DNA from: a virus
DNA length: 64,000 bases
Direction: 5' to 3' (one strand)
IMG/VR virus record: IMGVR_UViG_3300022930_000001
Location: 1 to 64,000 of that record
Both the position numbers and the translations under genes were made by a program. Of the stretch, positions 9,669 to 19,434 are shown in pieces; position 1 is the stretch's first letter, and every line of letters starts with the position of its first letter. The notes under the pieces were generated by a model that saw nothing but the letters and a program-made list of their open reading frames with translations, searched no databases and had not been told where the DNA came from.

Positions 9669-9920
9669 ATGCTACTATATTTTTCAGGAGTATTTATTGC
9701 CTTTATAATTATGTGTCATATAAATTATAAAGAAGACTTTTATATTAAAGGTATAACAGTAAAAGAAGTAATAGAAAGAGGATTATTTGATTTAATTCTT
9801 TCTTTAGCTTCTTGGGCTACAGTATTATTTGCATTAATTGGTTCTATTTCTTTATGGAGAAAAGAATGTAATGATGATAATGATAACGATGATCCTATAG
9901 ATTTTGATTACAGTTATTAA
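9669..9920 (+). CDS. small membrane protein
   Basis: Two TM-like segments and an acidic tail. Confidence 0.6.
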   Translation: MLLYFSGVFIAFIIMCHINYKEDFYIKGITVKEVIERGLFDLILSLASWATVLFALIGSISLWRKECNDDNDNDDPIDFDYSY

Positions 9921-10282
9921 ATTATGAAAAATAGAAAAATGATTAAACGACTTCGTACCAGTATTAATTGGAAAAGACGAGTCATTTGGAATTAAATTAA
10001 TATTTTATGAAAAACAAATCTTTTGCATTGCTTGTGATAACTATTATATTTATTGCGGGCACATTTGCTTATTTTGAAAACTTAACAACTAAAAAACAAA
10101 ATTATGAAAAAAAGAACATTCTTCCATCAACTAGTAGTGACACCATTAGGCAGAATAATTACAGCTACCACAGCTACAAAGCCTAAAAAAGTAAAACTTA
10201 AAAAACATCATCGCTATGAACTTCATGGTGCTGAATAATTAATTCCAAATTCATTTCAAACTAAAATTAAAAATATTATTTT

Positions 10283-10537
10283 ATGAAAAAATTATTTCTA
10301 TTTGCAATTTGCTCTTTATTTTTAATATCTTGCACAGATAATGAAAGAGCTAGAAATTATGGTGGAACATCTAGTATTACTCTTAAACCTAATCAAAGAG
10401 TTATAAATGCTTCATTTAAAGAACATGATCTTTGGATTCTTACTAAAATTGATACAACTAAACCAACTACTTACAATCTTGTAGAAAAATCTAGTTTTGG
10501 TATTTTAGAAGGTACTGTCATAATTAACGAACAATAA
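10283..10537 (+). CDS. lipoprotein
   Basis: MKK-hydrophobic-LISC lipobox. Confidence 0.75.
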   Translation: MKKLFLFAICSLFLISCTDNERARNYGGTSSITLKPNQRVINASFKEHDLWILTKIDTTKPTTYNLVEKSSFGILEGTVIINEQ

Positions 10538-10541
10538 TATT

Positions 10542-10820
10542 ATGAAAAACTTAAATCCTTGGATTCAGTTATCGTTACAATTTGCTTATATATTTACAGT
10601 TGCAATATTAGTGTCATTTATACCAGATTACCTTCATACATTTTTTGGAGATGAATGGTGTACTTTTAATAATTGTTTTCGTAGTGATAGTACACCGCAT
10701 AAATATCCTGAATGGCATTATGGATATCGACATTGGCTTTGGATATTAATGGGAATTGTTTTATTCTTTATTCAATTAGCTAGAATAATACATTTCATTA
10801 GTAGAACAGAATTTGAATAA
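10542..10820 (+). CDS. membrane protein
   Basis: Two TM segments flanking WHYGYRHW. Confidence 0.7.
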   Translation: MKNLNPWIQLSLQFAYIFTVAILVSFIPDYLHTFFGDEWCTFNNCFRSDSTPHKYPEWHYGYRHWLWILMGIVLFFIQLARIIHFISRTEFE

Positions 10821-11108
10821 TTAAACTTAATAAAGAGCTATAGATATCAATTATGTTAAGCCGAGCTTCATAAAGAAATATTTGTAGTTCTTTATTATTT
10901 AAAATAAAATTATTATGCCTAGATTATTTACATGTTTAGTTGATGGTAAATTAAGAACATTAACTCTTGTAGAAGCAGTTGCCATGAACGCACAATTTGT
11001 AGGAACTGTTTTTCCTTTATTCTAAATAAAAGATTATGTCAAAGAAAACTAAAAAATTGTTAAGACTGCTAAAGAATTTGCATTCTTGCTATAAAGGTTA
11101 ATTACAGT

Positions 11109-11276
11109 AATATTATTACTACTTCTATTACTTAAATACCCTCCAAAAGTATTCATATGTATATGCGGTCTGCAAATATACAAAACCATAAATCAAATCT
11201 AGCACAGATCCCTGTAGGTTAAGAAGTTAATGAAATTATTGTTCAGAGAAGTCTCGCTAATTCTAGTAATAATATT
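11109..11276 (+). ncRNA. putative structured RNA
   Basis: 13-bp closing stem AATATTATTACTA/TAGTAATAATATT with internal hairpins; no ORF. Confidence 0.4.
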
Positions 11277-11477
11277 TTAAATTTTAAAATTATGATTCGT
11301 ACAATACTAGTTAAATTAATATTTCATAAATATAGTAGAACTATTAATATAGAGTTTGAAAGATATACTAATAAAGAATTAGTACAGATACTTTTTAGTT
11401 GAAGTGAAGTGAAAAAGAGAGAATTTATTCTTATTTTCTCTCTTGTTTTTTTAGATTAATTCAAAAATAATATAGAA

Positions 11478-12173
11478 ATGAAAAAAGTAATTTGTATTGA
11501 TAATGCTACAAGTATTTATGCGATAACTATTAATAAAGAATATAGAGTTATTTCTCATGATCCATTAAATAACTTATATTTTATTAATTGTGATGATAAT
11601 AAACTTAGAAATTTTAAAACAACAAGATTTAAAGAAATAAAAATGAAACCAAAATTAGATTTAAATGCTTTAGACCAAAATTGGTATGTAAAAAGTAATG
11701 ATCAAAGATTGTTAGGATATCTTGGAATAAGATATGGAAATGATAAAAATTTTTATTCAGGAACATCTGAATATTATGGAGTGTGTGATAACAATATTAA
11801 TGCATCTTCTTATAAGTATTGGGGTATTGAATATTCTTTAGAAGAATTCTTAGAAGCTCTTGCAGAATATGAAAATTCTACTTGGCATCCTAAAGTAGGT
11901 GAACTAGTAGAAATATATTTCAATAACAAATGGTTTAAAAGAATATATTTAGCAACAATTCCTCAAGCATCTAATCCTATTGCATGTGTTCATGAAGGTT
12001 ATGAAGAAAAATATTTAATAGGACAGCCTGTTATTTCTTGTAATTGGTCTAAAATGCGTAAAATAGAAGAACCTAAGATAGAAATTTCTATTAGTTGTAA
12101 AATTAACGGTATCGACAAAGATCCTTCAACTTTTACAGACGAGGAGTGGCTTCAATTACGTAAATCAAAATAA
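11478..12173 (+). CDS. hypothetical protein, N-terminal domain shared with 12176
   Basis: V.CI.N..IT..+EY.VI..Y.I.CD....RF. Confidence 0.7.
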   Translation: MKKVICIDNATSIYAITINKEYRVISHDPLNNLYFINCDDNKLRNFKTTRFKEIKMKPKLDLNALDQNWYVKSNDQRLLGYLGIRYGNDKNFYSGTSEYYGVCDNNINASSYKYWGIEYSLEEFLEALAEYENSTWHPKVGELVEIYFNNKWFKRIYLATIPQASNPIACVHEGYEEKYLIGQPVISCNWSKMRKIEEPKIEISISCKINGIDKDPSTFTDEEWLQLRKSK

Positions 12174-12175
12174 TT

Positions 12176-12595
12176 ATGAGAGTTAAGTGTATAAATGATT
12201 CTACTGTTAAACCTTGGATAACAGTAGGAATTGAGTATGATGTAATTGAAGAAATTGATAAAACTTTTTACAAAATTAAATGTGATAATGGAGTCGTTAA
12301 TCGTCTTTATCAACATCGCTTTGAAATTATAAAAGAAGAAAATAATATGAAAAAACCAATAATAGAAGTAATAAATAAGGAAGTAACTGAAGAAAATATC
12401 TTCTTTATGGGCAATGTTGTAAAAAATACAGCAACACAAGCAATTGTTCTTGTACACGCTGAAGGTACTAATCAATTTAGTGGTACAGTACTAGCTTCAG
12501 GCACAAATAGTTCAGGTACTGTAGGTGCATATTATAATGCGTATAGTAAAATTAACTTTGAACAGTTTGAAGGTGAAATTAAAATAACAGTATAA
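12176..12595 (+). CDS. hypothetical protein
   Basis: Same N-terminal domain as 11478. Confidence 0.7.
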   Translation: MRVKCINDSTVKPWITVGIEYDVIEEIDKTFYKIKCDNGVVNRLYQHRFEIIKEENNMKKPIIEVINKEVTEENIFFMGNVVKNTATQAIVLVHAEGTNQFSGTVLASGTNSSGTVGAYYNAYSKINFEQFEGEIKITV

Positions 12596-12649
12596 TTTAT
12601 TAAATTAATATAATATTTATTTTTAACAATTAAAATCCAAGATGGAGTT

Positions 12650-12844
12650 ATGTCAACACTAACTAAGAAGTCAAAGAAAGTATCCGCTCAGAAAAGGCGT
12701 GTGAATGCATTAAATCTATTGCAAATGCAGCTAGATAGCAAATTAAAACGTGAAAAAGGCTCTAACGAGCATATTTCTTTAACTGATTCTGATATGAAAA
12801 GGATCAACAAGGAAATAGATATTTTGCGTGAACGTATAAAGTAA
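12650..12844 (+). CDS. small basic protein
   Basis: K/R-rich ORF; GGAG upstream. Confidence 0.6.
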   Translation: MSTLTKKSKKVSAQKRRVNALNLLQMQLDSKLKREKGSNEHISLTDSDMKRINKEIDILRERIK

Positions 12845-12849
12845 ATATT

Positions 12850-13107
12850 ATGTCTAAGAAACATAAAAAATTTCATCAATTGCAAGTTAATATTCCTCTA
12901 AAGCCTAAAAAAGTAAAAGATCCAATACTAATACTAGAAGAAGAAATAGATTCTTTAATAGAAACATTAGATAATGATTTTGAACTAATAAAAGGTAAAA
13001 AAGTACCATTAACAGATAAGACAATTAATGATATTAAAAACAAATTGTCAATTAAACAAGACAAATTAGCTTCACTTTTAGAACAATCTAAAACTAATGC
13101 GAATTAA
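12850..13107 (+). CDS. hypothetical protein
   Basis: ORF in operon. Confidence 0.55.
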   Translation: MSKKHKKFHQLQVNIPLKPKKVKDPILILEEEIDSLIETLDNDFELIKGKKVPLTDKTINDIKNKLSIKQDKLASLLEQSKTNAN

Positions 13108-13348
13108 AGAATATTCAGGTCAACACCTGCAATCAGAAGAACCACTACAAGGTATGAGAATACCTGTACGTCCTCGTAAGGAAGAGGCCCTACCTCAATA
13201 TCTTGTATATGGTAAAGGTGCCTATTCTCTTGTAAAATCGGAACAGCGTAGGCAAATGCTTAAAGATCAAAGGCAGCGAGAAGATCTTCTAAAGCCTAAA
13301 AACAAAAGAGTGATTCAAATTGTAAAAGATTTGAATCTTTGGAAATAA
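13097..13348 (+). CDS. hypothetical basic protein
   Basis: ORF in operon. Confidence 0.6.
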   Translation: MRIKEYSGQHLQSEEPLQGMRIPVRPRKEEALPQYLVYGKGAYSLVKSEQRRQMLKDQRQREDLLKPKNKRVIQIVKDLNLWK

Positions 13349-13349
13349 T

Positions 13350-13533
13350 TTAATTAACAAATTGAGGATGTTGGCTTGGAAGCAGCCAAGATAACCTGAT
13401 ATGTTATCTGTACATTTAAAGAGTAGATAACGCCATAGCCAAGCAAAAGTATCCTTATCAGGTAGTCTAGGCGGTTTACTTAGAAATAAGTATAAATCTT
13501 TTGGCGTAATAGCACACTCTTTTTGTTAATTAA
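13350..13533 (+). ncRNA. 23S rRNA GTPase-associated-centre (H42-H44, uL11-binding) mimic RNA with two structured insertions
   Basis: Collinear blocks AGGATGTTGGCTTGGAAGCAGCCA / CATTTAAAGAGT / GCGTAATAGCACACT match 23S nt ~1054-1105; 12-bp closing stem TTAATTAACAAA/TTTGTTAATTAA. Confidence 0.8.
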
Positions 13534-13594
13534 TTTCTATTTAAACGTAATCAAATGACGTTCATACAGTTGCAAGGACTGTAATTTTAAAATT

Positions 13595-13973
13595 GGGGTC
13601 GTAAGGTTTTGACGGCTTGGAGTATGGTAATAGGGCAATCAGAACAATGACAGTGAGTTTAAAGCAAATATGTCAAAAACAAATGTAAACACTTCTAGTG
13701 TAACCGTAGGAATAAATGGTAATATAGATGCTTTCTTGGCATCAATCGCTCCAGTTGAAGAACTGATAGCTGCCTAATTTTCCAAAAGTCTTTCATTAAG
13801 ACTTAAAACAGAAATGAACTGGTTATTTATTCATTGATACAGTAAATTATAGCAATGTTTATAGTTTCTAGTTTACAACTAGATATTCCAAGACAGGGAA
13901 GATAAAGCAAGTCATGATTGTAACTCTCGTATTATGCACAGGTTCGGACGTGTCTTCGATGACACCGACTCCA
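13595..13973 (+). ncRNA. ssrA: tmRNA
   Basis: GGGGTCG/CGACTCC-A acceptor with G3:U wobble, T-arm GTGTC-TTCGAT-GACAC, tag frame 13718-13777 GNIDAFLASIAPVEELIAA*. Confidence 0.92.
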
Positions 13974-14007
13974 CTAACTAATTGATTATCAATTAATTAT
14001 AACAACT

Positions 14008-14448
14008 ATGTCAATATTTAAACGAGATAAGAATGCTAAAAAATTAGTACATTTTTATCCAATAACAATTAAAAGAATATTAGAATGTTTTTATTCTTCT
14101 AATAAATATGAATATCTTGGAATTACTTGGACATTATTTAGAGTAGGTACACAACCTAATAAGGATATGCAAGATTTCATAAAATTTGTAGATAGTCAAG
14201 CAAAACCTAAATGGTGTCCAAGATGGCTTTTGAATCTTTTACATTTATTTGGTAATGATAATTCTATTGTAAGATGCAGAAACTCAAAAATTAGTGATTT
14301 GCGCAATAAGCTATGTAAAGGAATAATGATTAGAGATATTAAGGAAAAATGGGGTACTTTAAGAGTTTATGGTTCTTTTACTGAAGAAATTGAAAAAGAA
14401 TTAAGAATACTAGAAGAAAAAATTAATCCATATCTAGAAGCTTATTAA
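14008..14448 (+). CDS. hypothetical phage protein (IKEKWGTLRVY motif)
   Basis: Common phage KEK[FW]G.LR.Y motif. Confidence 0.7.
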   Translation: MSIFKRDKNAKKLVHFYPITIKRILECFYSSNKYEYLGITWTLFRVGTQPNKDMQDFIKFVDSQAKPKWCPRWLLNLLHLFGNDNSIVRCRNSKISDLRNKLCKGIMIRDIKEKWGTLRVYGSFTEEIEKELRILEEKINPYLEAY

Positions 14449-14460
14449 AATATAATAATT

Positions 14461-14805
14461 ATGATACAGAATTTAAAAAGCAAACTTCCAATATTTTTAA
14501 ATGATTGGAATGATAAAGACCAAGTAGCAAAAGATTTTGAAACAAATCTTGATAATGTAAATATATTGTTTGCTTCTTACAGTTGTGCAAATTATTCAGG
14601 TGATGCTTTTGTATTATTTGAGGAAAATAACAAATTATTTGAAGTAAACGGTGGTCATTGTTCTTGCTATGGTTTAGAAGGACAATGGGAACCTGAAGAA
14701 ACAACTATTGAAGCTCTAAATTACCGTCTTAATAAAGGTAAAATGGGTACAAGTAATTATTCAGATAACGAATATGCTACAGAGTTAAAAGAATTTTTAA
14801 ACTAA
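14461..14805 (+). CDS. conserved phage hypothetical protein (YSGDA..GHCSCYG)
   Basis: Recognisable phage motif. Confidence 0.75.
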   Translation: MIQNLKSKLPIFLNDWNDKDQVAKDFETNLDNVNILFASYSCANYSGDAFVLFEENNKLFEVNGGHCSCYGLEGQWEPEETTIEALNYRLNKGKMGTSNYSDNEYATELKEFLN

Positions 14806-14890
14806 TTGCAGTTATGGCAAACTGTAATATTCGCCTTGGGAGCTATTGAGTAAGAACAATAGCTCCCTTATTTTTTAATTTAAATTATTT

Positions 14891-15160
14891 ATGCAGGAAA
14901 TAACAATTAAAAAACCGTATGATCGCAATTTTGGTGTAGAAATAATAATAGAAGAAATATTAGAATCACAAGAAAGTAAGTGGATTACTACTAAGCATCT
15001 TTATATGATTTTAATAAGTAAAGGAATAAAAATTGATTTAGCATTTTTTGATTTTACTTTAAACAAACTTGTTGAAGAATATGTTCAACATACATATATT
15101 TCAATTGTTAGAGATATTAGTAGAAATAGAATGATGTATGTAAATTATTATCCTGAATAA
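14891..15160 (+). CDS. hypothetical protein
   Basis: ORF in operon. Confidence 0.55.
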   Translation: MQEITIKKPYDRNFGVEIIIEEILESQESKWITTKHLYMILISKGIKIDLAFFDFTLNKLVEEYVQHTYISIVRDISRNRMMYVNYYPE

Positions 15161-15546
15161 TGAGTATTCAAAGAAAAAAGAAGCTTTGCAATAGCTGTAA
15201 TAAGCTATGTTTTTTATGGTCGCATGGGAAATGTCAGGCTTGCGCAAATAAGGTCAAGAATAAGCCCAGAATTGCGTCAAAACAGTATATTAAACCTATA
15301 TCAAATAAAAGAAAAGAAAGATTAGAAAAATATTACTTGTTAAGAGATCTTTATTTTAAAGATAATCCTATTTGTGAATTTCCAGGCTGCAGTAGTCGAG
15401 AGATTACTCTTCACCATAAGCGTGGCAGAATTGGTGAAAATTTATTTAAGGACTTTTGCTCATTGTGTATTCAACATCATGAGTATTGTGAAAGTCATCC
15501 TAAGGAAGCACAAGAAATGAGTTTATCTTATTCACGCTTAAACTAA
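15160..15546 (+). CDS. HNH/NinG-like zinc-binding nuclease
   Basis: CxxC pairs, CE..GC, LHHKRGR, LC..HH. Confidence 0.7.
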   Translation: MSIQRKKKLCNSCNKLCFLWSHGKCQACANKVKNKPRIASKQYIKPISNKRKERLEKYYLLRDLYFKDNPICEFPGCSSREITLHHKRGRIGENLFKDFCSLCIQHHEYCESHPKEAQEMSLSYSRLN

Positions 15547-15554
15547 AATAAAAT

Positions 15555-15971
15555 ATGTATGTTGATGATATAAAAATTAAAATAGAAAAGTTTTGTGCTG
15601 AAAACAAAATCGAATTAATAAATTTAACGGTTACTTTGATTAAAGATGGTCGTTCTACAAATTGGCATCCTGATTATCGTATAAGTTGTAATACACCGAG
15701 AATGTTTTTTCAAATACACGGATTACACTCTGGTTGCGGTTTAGTAATGTTAGATCAATTTACTAGTAGTGAATTTACAGAAACTACTGCTAAAATATTT
15801 AGTGTTGTTGCAGACGCATATAAAGGAGATGGCGCGGGTTCTATAATAGCAACTCTTGGAGATAGCTATGATAGAAAAATAGAATTGTGGGGATTTAAAA
15901 AATTAGAAGAGTATTGTAATCATAGGCATGGCAGAGACGCAACACAAAGATTATTTATAAGAAATTCATAA
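15555..15971 (+). CDS. hypothetical protein
   Basis: ORF in operon. Confidence 0.65.
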   Translation: MYVDDIKIKIEKFCAENKIELINLTVTLIKDGRSTNWHPDYRISCNTPRMFFQIHGLHSGCGLVMLDQFTSSEFTETTAKIFSVVADAYKGDGAGSIIATLGDSYDRKIELWGFKKLEEYCNHRHGRDATQRLFIRNS

Positions 15972-15973
15972 TA

Positions 15974-16276
15974 ATGATAATAATAAGTGAAATAAAAAAT
16001 AAAAAAATAAAAATACCAATAGATGTTGATGATGGTAAATATACTATCCAGATAATCCCTGTACTTTTAAAAAGTTCTAAAGAGTTTCAAGCAATGTACT
16101 TTTTAATGGTAGATATTGTTAGAAATTATTCGGGCTGGACTCGCTATGAGATTCATGAGGCTTTTAAAGTATATTCTGAAATAGCAACTACCAAAAATTT
16201 TGGTGAAGATGATTGGTCAATATATATTGATCGTTTTCGCTATTGGGTTTTTAATAATTTTGATATTGCAATTTAA
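15974..16276 (+). CDS. NinB-like recombination protein (tentative)
   Basis: G.T..EIHE.FK ... TT....D W..YI pattern. Confidence 0.45.
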   Translation: MIIISEIKNKKIKIPIDVDDGKYTIQIIPVLLKSSKEFQAMYFLMVDIVRNYSGWTRYEIHEAFKVYSEIATTKNFGEDDWSIYIDRFRYWVFNNFDIAI

Positions 16277-16285
16277 TAATAAAAT

Positions 16286-16597
16286 ATGACAAAGTATATA
16301 ATAATAAAAGCAGATACTAATGATGGTGATTATATCACGGAAAAGAATAAAATTACTGACGCACAAATTGACTTTTATAAACTAATAATTGAAATAATCA
16401 AAAAACATCACGGTGATTGGCATACTGGTGATCAGGGAGATATTGAAGAAGATTATGCTGAAGAAATAGAAAAAGGAATTGTTAATCTAAATGATTTAGA
16501 AAGTTTTAGTGAATTTGTACCATTTGGTGAATATGGCACACATACTATTGAATCTATAGAAATTTTGGAAGTTGCAAATGAATATAAACTACTTTAA
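16286..16597 (+). CDS. hypothetical protein
   Basis: DTNDGDY and HTIESI motifs. Confidence 0.7.
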   Translation: MTKYIIIKADTNDGDYITEKNKITDAQIDFYKLIIEIIKKHHGDWHTGDQGDIEEDYAEEIEKGIVNLNDLESFSEFVPFGEYGTHTIESIEILEVANEYKLL

Positions 16598-16620
16598 TAA
16601 AAAAAATAAATTATAATTTT

Positions 16621-16902
16621 ATGATGAAAATTAATGATAGTACATCTATTAATTGGATGTTTGAAAAGGTAAAATCAAATGATAAGGCAAGCATGGTTAC
16701 AGTAACTACTTGTACAATAATGAAGTTTCCTGAACGAGAAGTTGTTTCTACAGGTACTGCGAAACAGTATGTAAAAGATGCTTTTGATAAGAATAAAGCA
16801 CGAATGACTTCTCTTAGGAAAGCTCTTCAGAATGTTCCAAAAGCAGATCGTGCTCAATTTTATGAAGTTTATCGTAAATCAACCAAAAATCCTCGTTGGT
16901 AA
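16621..16902 (+). CDS. hypothetical phage protein (G.A....D.FDK..R..L.+AL)
   Basis: Common phage motif. Confidence 0.7.
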   Translation: MMKINDSTSINWMFEKVKSNDKASMVTVTTCTIMKFPEREVVSTGTAKQYVKDAFDKNKARMTSLRKALQNVPKADRAQFYEVYRKSTKNPRW

Positions 16903-16907
16903 TATTA

Positions 16908-17207
16908 ATGGAAGATAAAATTAAAATGAAAGATGTAACAGTTGCTCGCCAATCTATGACAAGCTCTCAAGCTTATCCAGATAGAAATATGTATAATGGC
17001 GAGCAACTGTGGGATTATGGAACAATTTATAGTCCTTCAGGAGAAGTACTTATGCGAAGCACTGGATATGCTCCAGAAGTAGAATTCAGTATGAAATATC
17101 GTGGATTAGAATTTATTTTTAGATCAGGCTATACTTCTGATAAAATTTTAGTAACTTTAGATTCTTTAATGGACTTTGTAAATAAAGAAGATGAAACTAG
17201 TAATTAA
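16908..17207 (+). CDS. hypothetical protein
   Basis: ORF; ATG 16908. Confidence 0.6.
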   Translation: MEDKIKMKDVTVARQSMTSSQAYPDRNMYNGEQLWDYGTIYSPSGEVLMRSTGYAPEVEFSMKYRGLEFIFRSGYTSDKILVTLDSLMDFVNKEDETSN

Positions 17208-17571
17208 TCAAGAAGATTATTTTCGTGATTTGCTATTTCTAAAGTTTAGACTTAAAAAAATTAGAACTGATTGGAATACAATAGTTTGTCTAAAGCGTTC
17301 AGGTTTTATAATGGGTGCTTATTTATCTAATCAACTTGGAATACCTCTTTTTACAGCTTCAGAAATAGCAACTATTCCTGAAAAGTTTAAAAATATATTA
17401 TTAGTTGATGATAAAATATGTACAGGTAAATCATTAGAAAAAGTAAGACATAAATTATTAAATGAAAATAAAAATATAACTTCGGCTTGTATTTATACTG
17501 AAGCCGAAGTATTACCTGATATTTATCAAGTAAAATTAAAAGGAATACATAAAATGTGGTATGAAGTATAA
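17191..17571 (+). CDS. phosphoribosyltransferase
   Basis: PRPP-binding motif ILLVDDKICTGKS; RSG loop. Confidence 0.85.
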   Translation: MKLVINQEDYFRDLLFLKFRLKKIRTDWNTIVCLKRSGFIMGAYLSNQLGIPLFTASEIATIPEKFKNILLVDDKICTGKSLEKVRHKLLNENKNITSACIYTEAEVLPDIYQVKLKGIHKMWYEV

Positions 17572-17583
17572 AAAAGGAGGTAA

Positions 17584-19434
17584 TTGTTGAAGAATGATGT
17601 GAAAGAATATAAAAATATATTTAATCCAAAAATAGAAGAAATTGAATTAGCTGCTATTATTGGAGTTGATACTGAATTTACTTCTTTAGATACATTAAAT
17701 GCGAATTGTGTTGTTATTTCAATTAGTAACCCAGAAACAAAAGTTAACTATGCTTTAGATACTAATAGTAATCAATATGAGTATAAAGATTTACAACAAT
17801 TAGTAGAAAGAATTTCTAAATGCAAAATAGTTTTAGCTCATAATGCCAAAGTTGATATTGCAATTTTATATAGTAATTATAAAATTCTTTGTAGAAATTT
17901 TTGGTGTACTATGTTAGCAAGTCAACTTATTGATAATGGTTATGGGCATATCGTAAAAAAAGAAGAAATTAATGATCATGTTTTAAGAAATTCTAGTGAC
18001 AGAGTTTATTATACTACTAATATGGTAGGAAATATACCTTTAATGCATTCTCCTCACGGTTTACATGGATGTATTAGAAGGTATTTAGGCATTAATTTAA
18101 AAGATTCTATTGATAAAAAGTATTTGCAAAAATCGTTCATTAATTTTTTAAAAGGTAAAACTGTATCTAAAGAACAGTTAAATTATGCATGTTCTGATGT
18201 TCAATATTTATTCGATCTATATCAAGAAGAACTTAATTGGATTAATTTAAGAAATCAGCAAATTCAAATAAAGCTAGAAAATAAACTTACTCCAGTTATT
18301 GTAAAAATGGAATTTAAGGGATCTTTAATTAATGTTAATTTACATAAAGAAAATATAAAAAATTGGAAATTAAAATTAATAGAAATCGAACAAACTCTTG
18401 ATAACATTATTGTTGAATTGAGTAAAGATAATCCTTATTTAAGAGGTGGAATTTTTACAAATAAACGAATAAAACAAGAACTAATTCAAACAGCTTTATT
18501 TGAAGGTTTTGAAAAAACTATTAAAAATGAAAATGTAAATAATTTAAATTATAGTTCATCTAGACAACTTGAAGATATTTTTAAAAGATGTAATGAAGTA
18601 TTACCTACGGATGATGATGGAAAAGTTTCTTTTGGTGAAGAACCAATTAAAATTTATATTACTAATTATCCTAACTCTTTATTAAAACCTTTTCTAGAAT
18701 TAATTTTAGAATATAGAGAATATAGTAAATTATTATCAACTTATGGTGAAAACTTGTTAAATTTAGTTGATAATAATAATAGAATGCGTACAAATTATAC
18801 TCAAGCTTTTACAGATACAGGTAGATTAACATCGTCAGCTATTACAAAGGATGTATTAGGATTAAATTTAGCTAATCTTCCTAAAAGAGCAGATGTACGT
18901 AAAATATTTATTCCTGATCCAGGTTATTCATTTATTGATTCTGATATGACAGGTCAAGAATTGATTCTTGTAGCAGGCTATAGTCAAGAAGAAACTTTAC
19001 TTAAGGCTTTTAATGAAGGATTTGATCACCACTCTTATTTTGCATCTATTTCATATTCTTTAATTTTTGGTGAAAAAATAGAAATTGAAAATAAAAAGAA
19101 AATAATTAACATAAATGGTTTTGAATATGACACTAAAAAATTAAGAGATGTTCATAAATCAGCTATTTTTTCTAAAGTTTATTTAGGAGGGCCAAAACGT
19201 ATTCAAAATATACTTAATGAATATTTAGTTAATCATGTAGAATATGATAAAAGATTTTCTACTTGTGAACAAATATCTAATGCTTTGGATAAAGCCATGC
19301 CTAAAATGATTAAGTATCTTAAATCCAAAGTTGATTTTGTTAAACAAAATGGATATGTAGAAACTACTTTTTATGGCAGACGTAGATATTTTGATTATCC
19401 TGATAAAGCTTATGGAGATAGTGCTAATTTCGAT
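17584..19434 (+). CDS. polA: DNA polymerase family A, exon 1 (3'-5' exonuclease plus most of the polymerase domain)
   Basis: DTE, HNAKVD, YA..DV, TGRLTS, motif A DMTGQEL, motif B K..F..Y.G, GRRR. Confidence 0.92.

Noticed and set aside
13350-13533. A true rRNA gene or host contamination
   Set aside because: Only ~50 nt match 23S, split by insertions and flanked by phage ORFs and tmRNA; no other rRNA sequence is nearby.
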